DNA of 56,271 nt, taken from assembly GCA_964650115.1 (NCBI GenBank), contig CAZYTN010000001.1, positions 3,236 to 59,506 on the forward strand, in the 5' to 3' direction. Shown here one piece after another: positions 46,722 to 55,617 of this stretch; within the stretch, counting starts at the first letter, position 1, and every line of letters begins with the position of its first letter. Under the pieces are notes generated by a model. It searched no databases. It saw nothing but the letters and a program-made list of their open reading frames with translations, and had not been told where the DNA came from. Position numbers and translations under genes: made by a program. The DNA is from an uncultured Sulfuritalea sp. GTDB lineage: Bacteria > Pseudomonadota > Gammaproteobacteria > Burkholderiales > Rhodocyclaceae.

Positions 46722-46738
46722 ATTCCGTTTAAAGGAAT
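46722..46738. promoter_or_regulatory. Probable LysR recognition box
   Basis: ATTCC-N7-GGAAT inverted repeat in the AT-rich divergent intergenic region. Confidence 0.5.
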
Positions 46739-46841
46739 TATGTATTCCATTCTATGACTATTCTTCTTTTTGATGGAATTAGGCAAAGTGGCGTCCGTCG
46801 ACAGCACGACGACACCCTCAACCCAAAACAGGAGAAACATC

Positions 46842-47387
46842 ATGGCACGCATCAACCTCGTTACCGCCGAAGCGGCAAATCCGGAACAGAAGGCCCTCTA
46901 CGACGCCATCCAGGCCCAGCTTGGCATGGTGCCCAACTTCCTCAAGGTATTTGCCAACTCCCCGGCGGCCCTCAAGGCATTCCTCGGACTGCACGGCATC
47001 GCCGGCGACGGTAGCCTCGACCCAAAGACGCGCGAACGCATCGCCCTGGCCCTGGCCCAGCAGAACGGCTGCGAGTATTGCCTGTCGGCGCACACGGCCA
47101 TCGGCCGCAAGGCGGGACTGGACGGCAGCGAGATCGAGGCCAACCGCGCCGGCACCAGCCTGGACGCCAAAGCCGCCGTCGCCGTGAAGTTTGCCCGCTC
47201 GCTGGTGGCACACATGGGTGAAATCACCACCGCCGAACTGCTGGAGATGCGCGATGCCGGCTACAGCGAAGCCGACATCGTCGAGGTCATCACCCATGTC
47301 GGCATGAACATCCTGACCAACCTGCTGGGCAAGGCCGGACGCGTCGACATCGACTTCCCACGAGTCGAATTGAAACTCGCCGCCTGA
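46842..47387 (+). CDS. AhpD-like peroxidase-related enzyme
   Basis: GMVPNF, RERIALA..NGCEYCLSAH and DIDFP. AGGAG RBS. Confidence 0.9.
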   Translation: MARINLVTAEAANPEQKALYDAIQAQLGMVPNFLKVFANSPAALKAFLGLHGIAGDGSLDPKTRERIALALAQQNGCEYCLSAHTAIGRKAGLDGSEIEANRAGTSLDAKAAVAVKFARSLVAHMGEITTAELLEMRDAGYSEADIVEVITHVGMNILTNLLGKAGRVDIDFPRVELKLAA

Positions 47388-47402
47388 TCGTCAAAGGTCG
47401 CC

Positions 47403-47428
47403 CGGGGCAAGGACAGGTCCTTGCCCCG
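47403..47428. repeat. Intergenic perfect inverted repeat
   Basis: CGGGGCAAGGAC-AG-GTCCTTGCCCCG. Confidence 0.65.
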
Positions 47429-47444
47429 CTTTCCGGAGAAACCC

Positions 47445-48722
47445 ATGACCAGCGCATTCGCCCGCATCGCCTTCACCCCAAACGTTCGTGCCGCGCAAAC
47501 CCGGATGGGCAGCCGCGACAGCTACCGGCAGCTGGAGACAGGTGAATACGAGGTCGCCGCCCTCGGACCGATGGAAATCGAATTCATCGCCGAACGCGAC
47601 AGCCTCTATCAAGGCACCGTCGGCGAGTCCGGCTGGCCCTACGTGCAGCATCGCGGCGGTCCGCCGGGCTTTCTCAAGGTGCTCGATGAACGCACCCTCG
47701 GCTATGCCGACTTCAGCGGCAATCGCCAGTACCTGTCCGTCGGCAACATGGCCGGCGACGACCGGGTCAGCCTGTTCCTCATGGATTACGCGCAGCAGCG
47801 CCGGCTCAAGATCTGGGGCCGCGCCCGGCTGGTTGACGAATCCCTGGAACCGGAGCTGATCGCCCGGCTGGAATCCCCGGGCTACCGCGCCCGCGTCGAA
47901 CGCGGCGTCGTCATCCGCGTCGAAGCCAGTGACTGGAACTGCCCGAAGTACATCACGCCACGCTATACGAAGGCGCAAGTGGATGAACTGCTGCGATCGA
48001 TCAGCCCGCAAACGCAGCCGACTTCCGCCGCGGCGCCGATCGGCAGCGGCGCGCTGACGCTTTTCGTCGCCGGCATGCGCGAGATGACATCGCGCGTACG
48101 CGCCTACGAACTGCGGGCACCGGACTGGAGCGACTTGCCGCCCGTCACGGCAGGCGCGCATCTCGCGGTACCGGTTCGACTGACGGATGGCTCATTGGTC
48201 ACGCGACAGTATTCGCTGGCCACGCATCCACACCGGCGCGACATGTACGAGATCGCCGTATTGCGCGAGGAAGCGGGACGCGGCGGCTCGGCCGCGATCC
48301 ATGCCTCGTGGCAGATCGGTACCCGACTGGCGCTCGATCATCCAGCCAATCAGTTTCCCCTCCATCATGACGGCCGCCCTGCGGTACTGATTGCGGGTGG
48401 CATCGGCATCACGCCGATCAAGGCGATGGCTCAGGAACTCAAGACCCGTGGCAACACTTTCGAGCTGCACTACAGCGGCAGGACCGCCGCCGACATGGCC
48501 TATCGCGACCGGTTGGCCATCGAGTTTCCCGGGCAACTGCACCTGTACTTCACACGCGTCCCAGGGGGAACCCGCATCGATCTGCACTCGCTCATGCGCT
48601 CTGCCCCGGGTGACGCGCTGTTTTATGTCTGCGGGCCGGGACAATTGATAGAGGCCGCCAAAGCGGCAGCACGCGAACTTGCGATCCCCGCCGGGCGTTT
48701 GCAGTATGAAAGTTTCGAATGA
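47445..48722 (+). CDS. Pyridoxamine 5'-phosphate oxidase-like FMN domain fused to an FNR-type FAD/NAD(P) reductase domain
   Basis: WPYVQHRGGPPGF, GNRQY, DWNCP, RQYSL, AGGIGITP and YVCGP. No C-terminal 2Fe-2S domain. Confidence 0.88.
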   Translation: MTSAFARIAFTPNVRAAQTRMGSRDSYRQLETGEYEVAALGPMEIEFIAERDSLYQGTVGESGWPYVQHRGGPPGFLKVLDERTLGYADFSGNRQYLSVGNMAGDDRVSLFLMDYAQQRRLKIWGRARLVDESLEPELIARLESPGYRARVERGVVIRVEASDWNCPKYITPRYTKAQVDELLRSISPQTQPTSAAAPIGSGALTLFVAGMREMTSRVRAYELRAPDWSDLPPVTAGAHLAVPVRLTDGSLVTRQYSLATHPHRRDMYEIAVLREEAGRGGSAAIHASWQIGTRLALDHPANQFPLHHDGRPAVLIAGGIGITPIKAMAQELKTRGNTFELHYSGRTAADMAYRDRLAIEFPGQLHLYFTRVPGGTRIDLHSLMRSAPGDALFYVCGPGQLIEAAKAAARELAIPAGRLQYESFE

Positions 48723-48782
48723 ACCTGACCGGCGTCCGCCAACCCGAAGCTCAATCGAATTACAAATCAAAGGAAGCAAACC

Positions 48783-49058
48783 ATGAATCCACAGGCTCAA
48801 CCGGATCTGGAGGTCGTGATCTTCACCGGACCGAACTGCAGTTATTGCCAACGTGCGAAGGCCGTGCTGGCCAGACGGAATCTCAAGTACCGGGAAGTCG
48901 ATGTATCGGTCGGGGACGGCCGGAACGAGATGCAGCGTCGTCTTCCTCTTGCCCGCAGCATTCCGCAAATCTTCATCGACGGAGAACATATCGGTGGCTG
49001 TGAAGACCTCGAGCAGCTCGACGCCGCTGGCGTACTTCCTACATTTTCCGGGTCCTGA
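48783..49058 (+). CDS. Glutaredoxin 3-like protein
   Basis: CSYC and [15 protein letters not shown]. Confidence 0.88.
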   Translation: MNPQAQPDLEVVIFTGPNCSYCQRAKAVLARRNLKYREVDVSVGDGRNEMQRRLPLARSIPQIFIDGEHIGGCEDLEQLDAAGVLPTFSGS

Positions 49059-49101
49059 CGGCTTATTGCCTCCTTACCCTAACTATTCGAAGGTTTTTAT
49101 C

Positions 49102-49872
49102 ATGAGCAATAAATTCAAGAACTCCACCGTTCTCGTCATTGGCGGCAGCTCCGGAATGGGCAAGGCGACCGCCCGCTTGATCCTGGAACAGGGTGGTCAA
49201 GCAGTTATCGTCGGCCGTAATTCGGCGAGACTCGACGCAACTGTTGCGGAATTCGAGCACCTGGGCACTGTCACCGGCATCGTTGCCGACATTGCCAAGC
49301 AAGAGGATGTCGACATGTTGGCTACCCTTATCGCCCAGGAAGTCAAAGCCAACCTGCTGGTAAATGCAGCCGGACTCTTTCTGCCAAAGAGCTTCCTCGA
49401 TTACAGGACAAACGACTACGATCAGTACATGGCGATCAACCGCGCCATTTTCTTCCTGACCCAGGGATTTGCCAAAAATCTGATCGTCCGCAAAATCGGC
49501 GGTTCGATCGTCAATATTGGTTCAATGTGGGCAAAGCAAGCCATCAAGGCGACGCCTTCCTCCGCCTATTCGATGGCGAAGGCCGGATTGCACGCACTCA
49601 CGCAACACATGGCGATGGAGTTGGCGGACCACAACATTCGCGTCAATGCGGTTTCACCCGCCGTGGTCAAAACGCCCATCTACGAGGCATTCATCGACCC
49701 GGATAAAGTTGACGAAACACTCGCCTCGTTCGACGGTTTTCATCCGATTGGCAGGATCGGCACAGCCGAGGACGTGGCAAAAACAATAGTCTTTCTGCTC
49801 GGCGACGATGCGAGTTGGGTGACTGGCGCAATTTGGGATGTCGACGGTGGCGTGATCGCCGGGCGTAACTAG
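49102..49872 (+). CDS. SDR family oxidoreductase
   Basis: GGSSGMG, NAAG, YSMAK and RVNAVSP. Confidence 0.92.
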   Translation: MSNKFKNSTVLVIGGSSGMGKATARLILEQGGQAVIVGRNSARLDATVAEFEHLGTVTGIVADIAKQEDVDMLATLIAQEVKANLLVNAAGLFLPKSFLDYRTNDYDQYMAINRAIFFLTQGFAKNLIVRKIGGSIVNIGSMWAKQAIKATPSSAYSMAKAGLHALTQHMAMELADHNIRVNAVSPAVVKTPIYEAFIDPDKVDETLASFDGFHPIGRIGTAEDVAKTIVFLLGDDASWVTGAIWDVDGGVIAGRN

Positions 49873-50006
49873 CGCCGAAGTCCGGATAGTTAGCCGTGCT
49901 GCACCCGCACGGCTTGCTTCCTCCGTTCTGTATGGCTTCGGGCATGCCTGCGGAAGTCGGCTCTGGCGGGACGGCGGCCGGGATTGCGTTGATCCGGGCA
50001 TGCCGT

Positions 50007-50034
50007 TGTAAGAAGCGCTCGCCCGAACCGACTA
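50007..50034 (+). promoter_or_regulatory. Putative ECF promoter (TGTAAG-N16-CGACTA)
   Basis: Repeated motif 52 nt upstream of the lipoprotein ATG. Confidence 0.7.
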
Positions 50035-50086
50035 ATGGGGTGCTACGCAAAAATACCATCCCAAACCCCAACGGAGGAAACTGTCC

Positions 50087-51163
50087 ATGTCAAGCAAGCC
50101 ATTTATCATCGCCGCGCTTGCGGCATCGCTCGGCGCCTGCGCTTCCCAGCCCGTGTCGAGCCCGCAAAGTCTCGCTGTAGCCCCTGCGCCGATCACCTAC
50201 GACGGCAACGTGTCTGGACAGGCCACCGACTATGTGTTCATGCTGATCGCGGACGCCAATCCGGCGACGCCGGGCCTGACCATGAAGGCCGGCGAGATCA
50301 TCCGCATCCGGATGCCGGCCGAATTCAAGCGCAATGACCAGGTGGCCGTGAAGGCGGATGCGGACACCAATCTCGTATTCACCAAGGGCTGGCCGCAGGC
50401 CGCAGTCAAGCTGGCGGGACAGTACAAGGTCGCTTATGACGACAAGGCCCATGCGATCAACGTCACGGCCATCGCCGAGGTCGCGGCGACGGGCGGCAAT
50501 GCCCCCGGCATCAAGGTCATCCACTTGCGCGGACGCACCTTCCTGAATCCGTTCCCCGGCGATTATCCGGTGACGGTGGAACACTTGGCCGTCGACGGCA
50601 AGCTCGTGGCGGCGTGGTCTGGTGCCATCAAGGTTCTGGAGGATGCGCCCAAGGCCAGGCTGGCACCGACCAATTTCCATCTGCCGCCGGGCACCAACTC
50701 CGATTTCCAGAAGGCCGCGCCGGGTCAGGTCATGCCCCATCGTCTGGGCCTGCTGTTGTGGGGCGAGGCCGGCAGCGCGATCAACCAGGTCGGCATCGCG
50801 CCGCGCGATCTCGCGCGCTTCCCGAAGTACACCGGCGGGCTGCTGGTGCAGGACACCAACGGCGACAAGGTGCTGGACGCGGCGACCGACAAGGTGGTGG
50901 GCGGCATCGTCGGTGCCGCGCCGGAAGGCGCCAAGGGTCAGTCGGCGACCAGCCCGCGCGGCGCCGACGGCAAGCCCGTGCTGTCGGGCGAAGTGCTGCG
51001 CAGCAGCGCCTTCCCGCCCGCCGCCGGCGGCGGCAAGATCAATCCCGGCCTTCTGACCATCGAGTTTCGCGCCGGCGACAAGCCGGGTCTCTACCGCCCG
51101 ACGATCGAGCTGATCGGCGGCAACAGCTACCGGTTCACGCTGGAGGCTGACGCCGGCCGCTGA
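50087..51163 (+). CDS. Hypothetical lipoprotein
   Basis: GGAGG RBS and lipobox LGAC. No family recognised. Confidence 0.8.
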   Translation: MSSKPFIIAALAASLGACASQPVSSPQSLAVAPAPITYDGNVSGQATDYVFMLIADANPATPGLTMKAGEIIRIRMPAEFKRNDQVAVKADADTNLVFTKGWPQAAVKLAGQYKVAYDDKAHAINVTAIAEVAATGGNAPGIKVIHLRGRTFLNPFPGDYPVTVEHLAVDGKLVAAWSGAIKVLEDAPKARLAPTNFHLPPGTNSDFQKAAPGQVMPHRLGLLLWGEAGSAINQVGIAPRDLARFPKYTGGLLVQDTNGDKVLDAATDKVVGGIVGAAPEGAKGQSATSPRGADGKPVLSGEVLRSSAFPPAAGGGKINPGLLTIEFRAGDKPGLYRPTIELIGGNSYRFTLEADAGR

Positions 51164-51180
51164 CCGGACGCCAGGGCCGC

Positions 51181-51909
51181 TTGCGCAACCCACACTCTCC
51201 CGGCGGTTGCGCAAGCCGGCGGCGGTTGTCGCTGCCGGTCTGGCTGGCGGCGGTCTGCGTGTCGCTGGCGGCGGCCTACGACATCGACAGCCTGCAGCGA
51301 CAACTCGTCGCCCGCTTCGGTCTGGCGCCGGTCCCGCTGCTGCGCCACTGGCACACGACGCTGGTCGAATCCGCGGCGGCGACCGAGAAGGAAAAGCTGG
51401 CCGGAATAAATACGCTGTTCAATCGCGAGATCGAATTCGACGACGACATTCTGGTCTGGAACCAGAGCGACTACTGGGCCACGCCGCTGGAAACCCTCGG
51501 CCGCGGGCAAGGCGACTGCGAGGATTTCGCCATCGCCAAATACTATTCCCTGCGCTACTCGGGCATACCGACGTCGAAATTGCGGCTGGTCTACGTGAAG
51601 GCGACCCTGACCCGCGCCATCGGCCCCTACCGACCGCCGCCGGGCTTCGCGGGAAAATCCTTCACGCAGGCGCACATGGTCCTCGCCTATTACGCAGCGC
51701 CCAACGCGGAACCGCTGGTGCTCGACAACCTGGTCATGGAATTCAAGCCAGCCTCGCAACGCGCCGACCTTCAGCCGATTTTCAGTTTCAACGGCGAGGG
51801 CATCTGGAACGGCGTCGCGGGAAACGCCGCCAAGGGGCCCGGCGGGCCGGGCACGCTGTCGCGCTGGGCGGATTTGCTGTTGCGCGCGAAGAACGAAGGG
51901 TTCCACTAG
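51181..51909 (+). CDS. Transglutaminase-like cysteine peptidase (LapG/BTLCP)
   Basis: DYWATPLE, GDCEDFAIAKY, AHMVLAYY and LVLDNL. Confidence 0.88.
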   Translation: MRNPHSPGGCASRRRLSLPVWLAAVCVSLAAAYDIDSLQRQLVARFGLAPVPLLRHWHTTLVESAAATEKEKLAGINTLFNREIEFDDDILVWNQSDYWATPLETLGRGQGDCEDFAIAKYYSLRYSGIPTSKLRLVYVKATLTRAIGPYRPPPGFAGKSFTQAHMVLAYYAAPNAEPLVLDNLVMEFKPASQRADLQPIFSFNGEGIWNGVAGNAAKGPGGPGTLSRWADLLLRAKNEGFH

Positions 51910-51954
51910 CGTATCCGCCGTCGCGCCGGCGCCGACTTTTTCGCGCCGCGGGCG

Positions 51955-52761
51955 TCAGCCGGCGAGGCGGCCGCGCAGCAGGTGGCTCAGGCCATCGACC
52001 GCCAGCACCAGCAGCAGCATGGCGATCAGTACCGTCGCCGCTTGCGCCTGCTGGAAGATCGAGAGGTGGAAGTAGAGCATCTGGCCCAGGCCGCCGGCGC
52101 CGACGAAGCCAAGCACGGCGGCCATGCGGATGTTCATCTCCAGGCGGTAGAGGCTGTAGGCGATGAACTGCGGCCAGACCAGCGGCAGCGTGCCGTAGAG
52201 GAAGGCGACGACGCTGCCGGCGCCGGCTTCGCGCAGGCTGGTTTCAGCGGCGGGCGGCGCGTTTTCGATGGCTTCGGCGAAGAGCCGGCCGAGTACGCCG
52301 ATGGTATGCAGCGCCAGCGCCAGCGTGCCGGCGAAGGGACCGAGGCCGGCGGCCAGCACCATCAGCGTGGCCCAGACCAGCTCGGGCACGCTGCGCAACA
52401 GGTTGAGCGCGAAGCGCGCCAGGCGGCGCGGCGCGGCGCCGTGGCGGCCGGCGGCAGGCAGCGCAAAGAGCACGCCGAGCACGGCCGCCAGCAGCGTGCC
52501 GACGGCCGCCACGGCAAAGGTCTGCAGCGTGCCCAGCGCCGTCTTGCGCAAAAACTCCGGCGCCAGGTCCGGCGGGAAGAAGGAGGCGACGAAAGCGCTC
52601 ATGCCGGCGGCGGATTCGCGCGAGAACAGCGCGCCGAAATCGATGTCGAGCCAGGCGAAACAGGCGCCGATGGCGAGCAGCAGTGCGCCGCCGGTGAGCA
52701 GGCAACTGAGGCAGAAGTCGCCGGCGCCGCGCGGCTGGCAGGTGTCCGCCGCCCGGTTCAT
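51955..52761 (-). CDS. PhnE/PtxC-like ABC permease
   Basis: RSVPELVWA, GRLFAEAIE and NIRMAAVLGFVGAGGLG. Confidence 0.9.
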   Translation of the reverse strand: MNRAADTCQPRGAGDFCLSCLLTGGALLLAIGACFAWLDIDFGALFSRESAAGMSAFVASFFPPDLAPEFLRKTALGTLQTFAVAAVGTLLAAVLGVLFALPAAGRHGAAPRRLARFALNLLRSVPELVWATLMVLAAGLGPFAGTLALALHTIGVLGRLFAEAIENAPPAAETSLREAGAGSVVAFLYGTLPLVWPQFIAYSLYRLEMNIRMAAVLGFVGAGGLGQMLYFHLSIFQQAQAATVLIAMLLLVLAVDGLSHLLRGRLAG

Positions 52762-53609
52762 GCCAGCGCCTTGCGCAGCGCCGCGCTCAAGGCGTCGGCC
52801 AGCAGCACCAGCAGCAGGAAGACCAGCAGGATGCTGCTGGCTTCGCCGCCGTTGAGCATTTTCATCGACTGGTCCATCAGCTGGCCCAGGCCGCCGGCGC
52901 CGACGAAGCCCATGATCACCGAGGCGCGCACCGCGCATTCCCAGCGATAGACGGTGTAGGAGCTCAACTCCTGCGCCGCGTTCGGAATCAGTCCGTAGGC
53001 CAGCGCGCCGAGGCGGCCGCTGCCGGCGGCGAGCAGTGCACGCGCCGGGCGCGTGTCGGTGGATTCGAGGATCTCGGTATAGACCTTGCCCAGCATGCCG
53101 CCATAGGTGATGGCCAGCGCCAGCACGCCGGCCGCCGGGCCGAGGCCGAGCACGCGCACGAACATCAGCGCCCAGACGATTTCCGGAATCGCGCGCAGCA
53201 CCGTCAGCACGACGCGGCAGACGCTGCGCATGATGCGTCCGCCCCGCCGGCCGGGGCCGGGGCCGATGGCGGACACCGACAGCGCGCGCGTGGCGATCAC
53301 CGCCAGCGGCGCGGCGATGAGCAGGGCCAGGGCGATGCCGGCGGTGGCGATGGCCAGGGTTTCCAGCGTGGCCTTGAGCAGCAAGCCGAGAAACTCGGGC
53401 GAGCGCTCGGGCGGCAGGAAGCCGGCGAGGAAGCCGCCGATGACATTCAGGTTGCGGACATCGAACAGCGCCGCCGGGCGGAATTCCGCCAGTTGCAGCA
53501 GCGGCCAGAGCAGCGCCAGGGCAAGCAGCGCGGCGCCGAGACGGCGGCGCGCATCCGGGTCGCGCAGGGCGGCCGTGCCGCCCTGCGCGGTGAGGCCTGC
53601 GCTAATCAT
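52758..53609 (-). CDS. PhnE/PtxC-like ABC permease
   Basis: RAIPEIVWA, GKVYTEILE and YRWECAVRASVIMGFVGAGGLG. Confidence 0.9.
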   Translation of the reverse strand: MISAGLTAQGGTAALRDPDARRRLGAALLALALLWPLLQLAEFRPAALFDVRNLNVIGGFLAGFLPPERSPEFLGLLLKATLETLAIATAGIALALLIAAPLAVIATRALSVSAIGPGPGRRGGRIMRSVCRVVLTVLRAIPEIVWALMFVRVLGLGPAAGVLALAITYGGMLGKVYTEILESTDTRPARALLAAGSGRLGALAYGLIPNAAQELSSYTVYRWECAVRASVIMGFVGAGGLGQLMDQSMKMLNGGEASSILLVFLLLVLLADALSAALRKALA

Positions 53610-53753
53610 GAACCCACCCCCCGTTCCACTGCCGGCACTGCATTGCCGGCCGGCTGCGGCGGCGCGGAGCAGTGCTCCGCGAAACCCCGCCTTCGCCCCC
53701 CGCCCCAGGGGCGGGGGTGACCACGGTTCGCCGCTACGCGGCTCCGGGTCATG
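53606..53753. repeat. GC-rich multi-hairpin intergenic insert flanked by TCATG
   Basis: TCATG at 53606-53610 and 53749-53753, with internal palindromes such as CGCGGAGCA-G-TGCTCCGCG and CCCCCGCCCC-A-GGGGCGGGGG. Confidence 0.45.
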
Positions 53754-53787
53754 GCCGGCGCCCCCTCGAAACGCAGCACGCCGGCGC

Positions 53788-54636
53788 TCATCCGCGTCCC
53801 CGGCAACTGTCGAGCCGCACCACCCTGGAATTTTCGTCGCCATCGGCGACCGGATTCAGCAGCGCCGGATCGTTGGCCTGGGTCGGCACCACGCTGCCTT
53901 CGCTCGCATACAGCTCGCGCAGCATCGCCGTGGTGACCTGCGCGGCGGGCAGGTCGAAGGCCAGTTCGCCGCCGCGCAGGCCGATGACGCGCGGAAACCA
54001 TTTCAGCGCCAGGTCGACCGCGTGCAGCGAGGCCAGCACGCCGGTACCGCGCCGTTCGGCATCGGCGACGATCTGTCCTATGGCGGCATCGGCCAGCGTC
54101 GGGTCGAGCGCGGACACCGGTTCGTCGGCGAGGATCAGTTCGGGCTGCTGGTAGAGCACGCGGGCGATGCCGACGCGCTGCAACTGGCCGCCGGAAAGCC
54201 GGTCGCAGCGATCGAACAGACGGTCGGCGAGGTCGAGCCGCGCCAGCGCCTCGTGCGCCCCGGCGATGTCGACGGGATAGAGCAGCGAGGCCAGCCCCTT
54301 CCACGCCGGCCACTGCCCGAGGCGCCCGGCGAGGATGGCGGTGATCACGCGCAGCCGCGGCGGAATCGGCGGCGCCTGGTGGATGGTGCCGATGCGCGCG
54401 CGCAGGCGGCGCAGCTCGCTGGCGGAAAGCTGCCAGGGATTGTGGCCGAGGATTTCGAGGCGGCCGTCGGTGGGCCGCAGGGCGCAGCCGAGCAGGCGGA
54501 TCAGGCTGGTCTTGCCGGCGCCCGAAGGCCCGATCACGGCAACGCGTTCGCCGCGCGCGAGCGTCAGGTCGAGGCCGTGCAGGGCGCGCAGGCCGTTGCC
54601 GTGTTCGAGGCCGAGTCGGTGGGTGAGGAATGACAT
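53788..54636 (-). CDS. PhnC-like ABC ATP-binding protein
   Basis: [22 protein letters not shown] and SLH. Confidence 0.92.
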   Translation of the reverse strand: MSFLTHRLGLEHGNGLRALHGLDLTLARGERVAVIGPSGAGKTSLIRLLGCALRPTDGRLEILGHNPWQLSASELRRLRARIGTIHQAPPIPPRLRVITAILAGRLGQWPAWKGLASLLYPVDIAGAHEALARLDLADRLFDRCDRLSGGQLQRVGIARVLYQQPELILADEPVSALDPTLADAAIGQIVADAERRGTGVLASLHAVDLALKWFPRVIGLRGGELAFDLPAAQVTTAMLRELYASEGSVVPTQANDPALLNPVADGDENSRVVRLDSCRGRG

Positions 54637-54674
54637 GGCGTGTGGCGCGGCAGCCTGCGTTCGGGCGCCCGAGG

Positions 54675-55538
54675 CTATTTGATCAGCCCGGCGCTTTTCG
54701 CCGCCTGTTCGATGCCGTCGTAGTTGGCGGACCTGGTCGGCACGAATTTCGAGGCGCGCTGCAAGTCCATCAGTTCCTTGTGCGCCGGGTTGGCGGGATC
54801 GAGCTTGAGGAATGCCTCGGTCAGCTTCCTGGCCAGCGCCGCATCCATGTCGGGGCGCACGGTCCAGTTGTAGTCGTAATAGGGCGGCGTGGTGGCGATC
54901 ACCCTCACCCGTTTGGCATTGGCGTCGCCTTTTTCGACCAGCTTGTCCAGCACCGAGGCGTTGAGCACGCCGCCATCGGCCTTGCCCGAGGCAACGAAGG
55001 CCACGGTGGCGTCATGCGCGCCGGAGAAGGCGACCTTCCTGAAATCCTTGTCGGGGTCGATGCCGTCCTTGAGCAGGAAGTGGCGCGGCATCAGGTGGCC
55101 CGAGGTCGACGCAGGCGAGCCGAAGGCGAAGTTCCTGCCCTTCAGGTCGGCCAGGGTTTTTGCCGGGCTGTCGGCCGGCACGATGAACTTGCTGTGGAAT
55201 TTCTCGTCCTCGGCGCGCTGCACGATGGGAGTTACCGCGCCGTTGGTGCGCAGTCTGGCCTGGACGAAGGTGAAGCCGCCGAGCCAGGCCATGTCTATCT
55301 TCTTCGCGGCGAGGCCCTCGACCACGGCCGCGTAATCGCTGACGGGCGTGAATTGCACCTTGTGACCGGTTTCCTTTTCCAGGTACTCGCCCAGGGGCTT
55401 GAACTTGCGCTGCAGCTCGGTCGGCGCTTCGTCGGGGATGGCCGATATGCGCAAGGTATCGGCAACGCTGGCGGCGGCGCCCAGCATCAGGGCCAGCGAA
55501 AGGGCGCTGCGGGAAATCAGGCGCGACATGAGGAACAT
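54675..55538 (-). CDS. PhnD-family substrate-binding protein (putative selenate/selenite ABC transporter type)
   Basis: Signal peptide, [22 protein letters not shown] and YYDYNW. Directly downstream of selD. Confidence 0.82.
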   Translation of the reverse strand: MFLMSRLISRSALSLALMLGAAASVADTLRISAIPDEAPTELQRKFKPLGEYLEKETGHKVQFTPVSDYAAVVEGLAAKKIDMAWLGGFTFVQARLRTNGAVTPIVQRAEDEKFHSKFIVPADSPAKTLADLKGRNFAFGSPASTSGHLMPRHFLLKDGIDPDKDFRKVAFSGAHDATVAFVASGKADGGVLNASVLDKLVEKGDANAKRVRVIATTPPYYDYNWTVRPDMDAALARKLTEAFLKLDPANPAHKELMDLQRASKFVPTRSANYDGIEQAAKSAGLIK

Positions 55539-55617
55539 CGTCTTCTCCTGGGGTTGGGCACGGATGGAAACCGCAGCCGGTGCCGCCGTGTCGTCAGCGC
55601 CGACTTTTGCACGATTG

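Noticed and set aside
51955-55538. Phosphonate utilisation (phn) operon
   Set aside because: Transporter only, with no catabolic phn or ptx genes; its context is selD.
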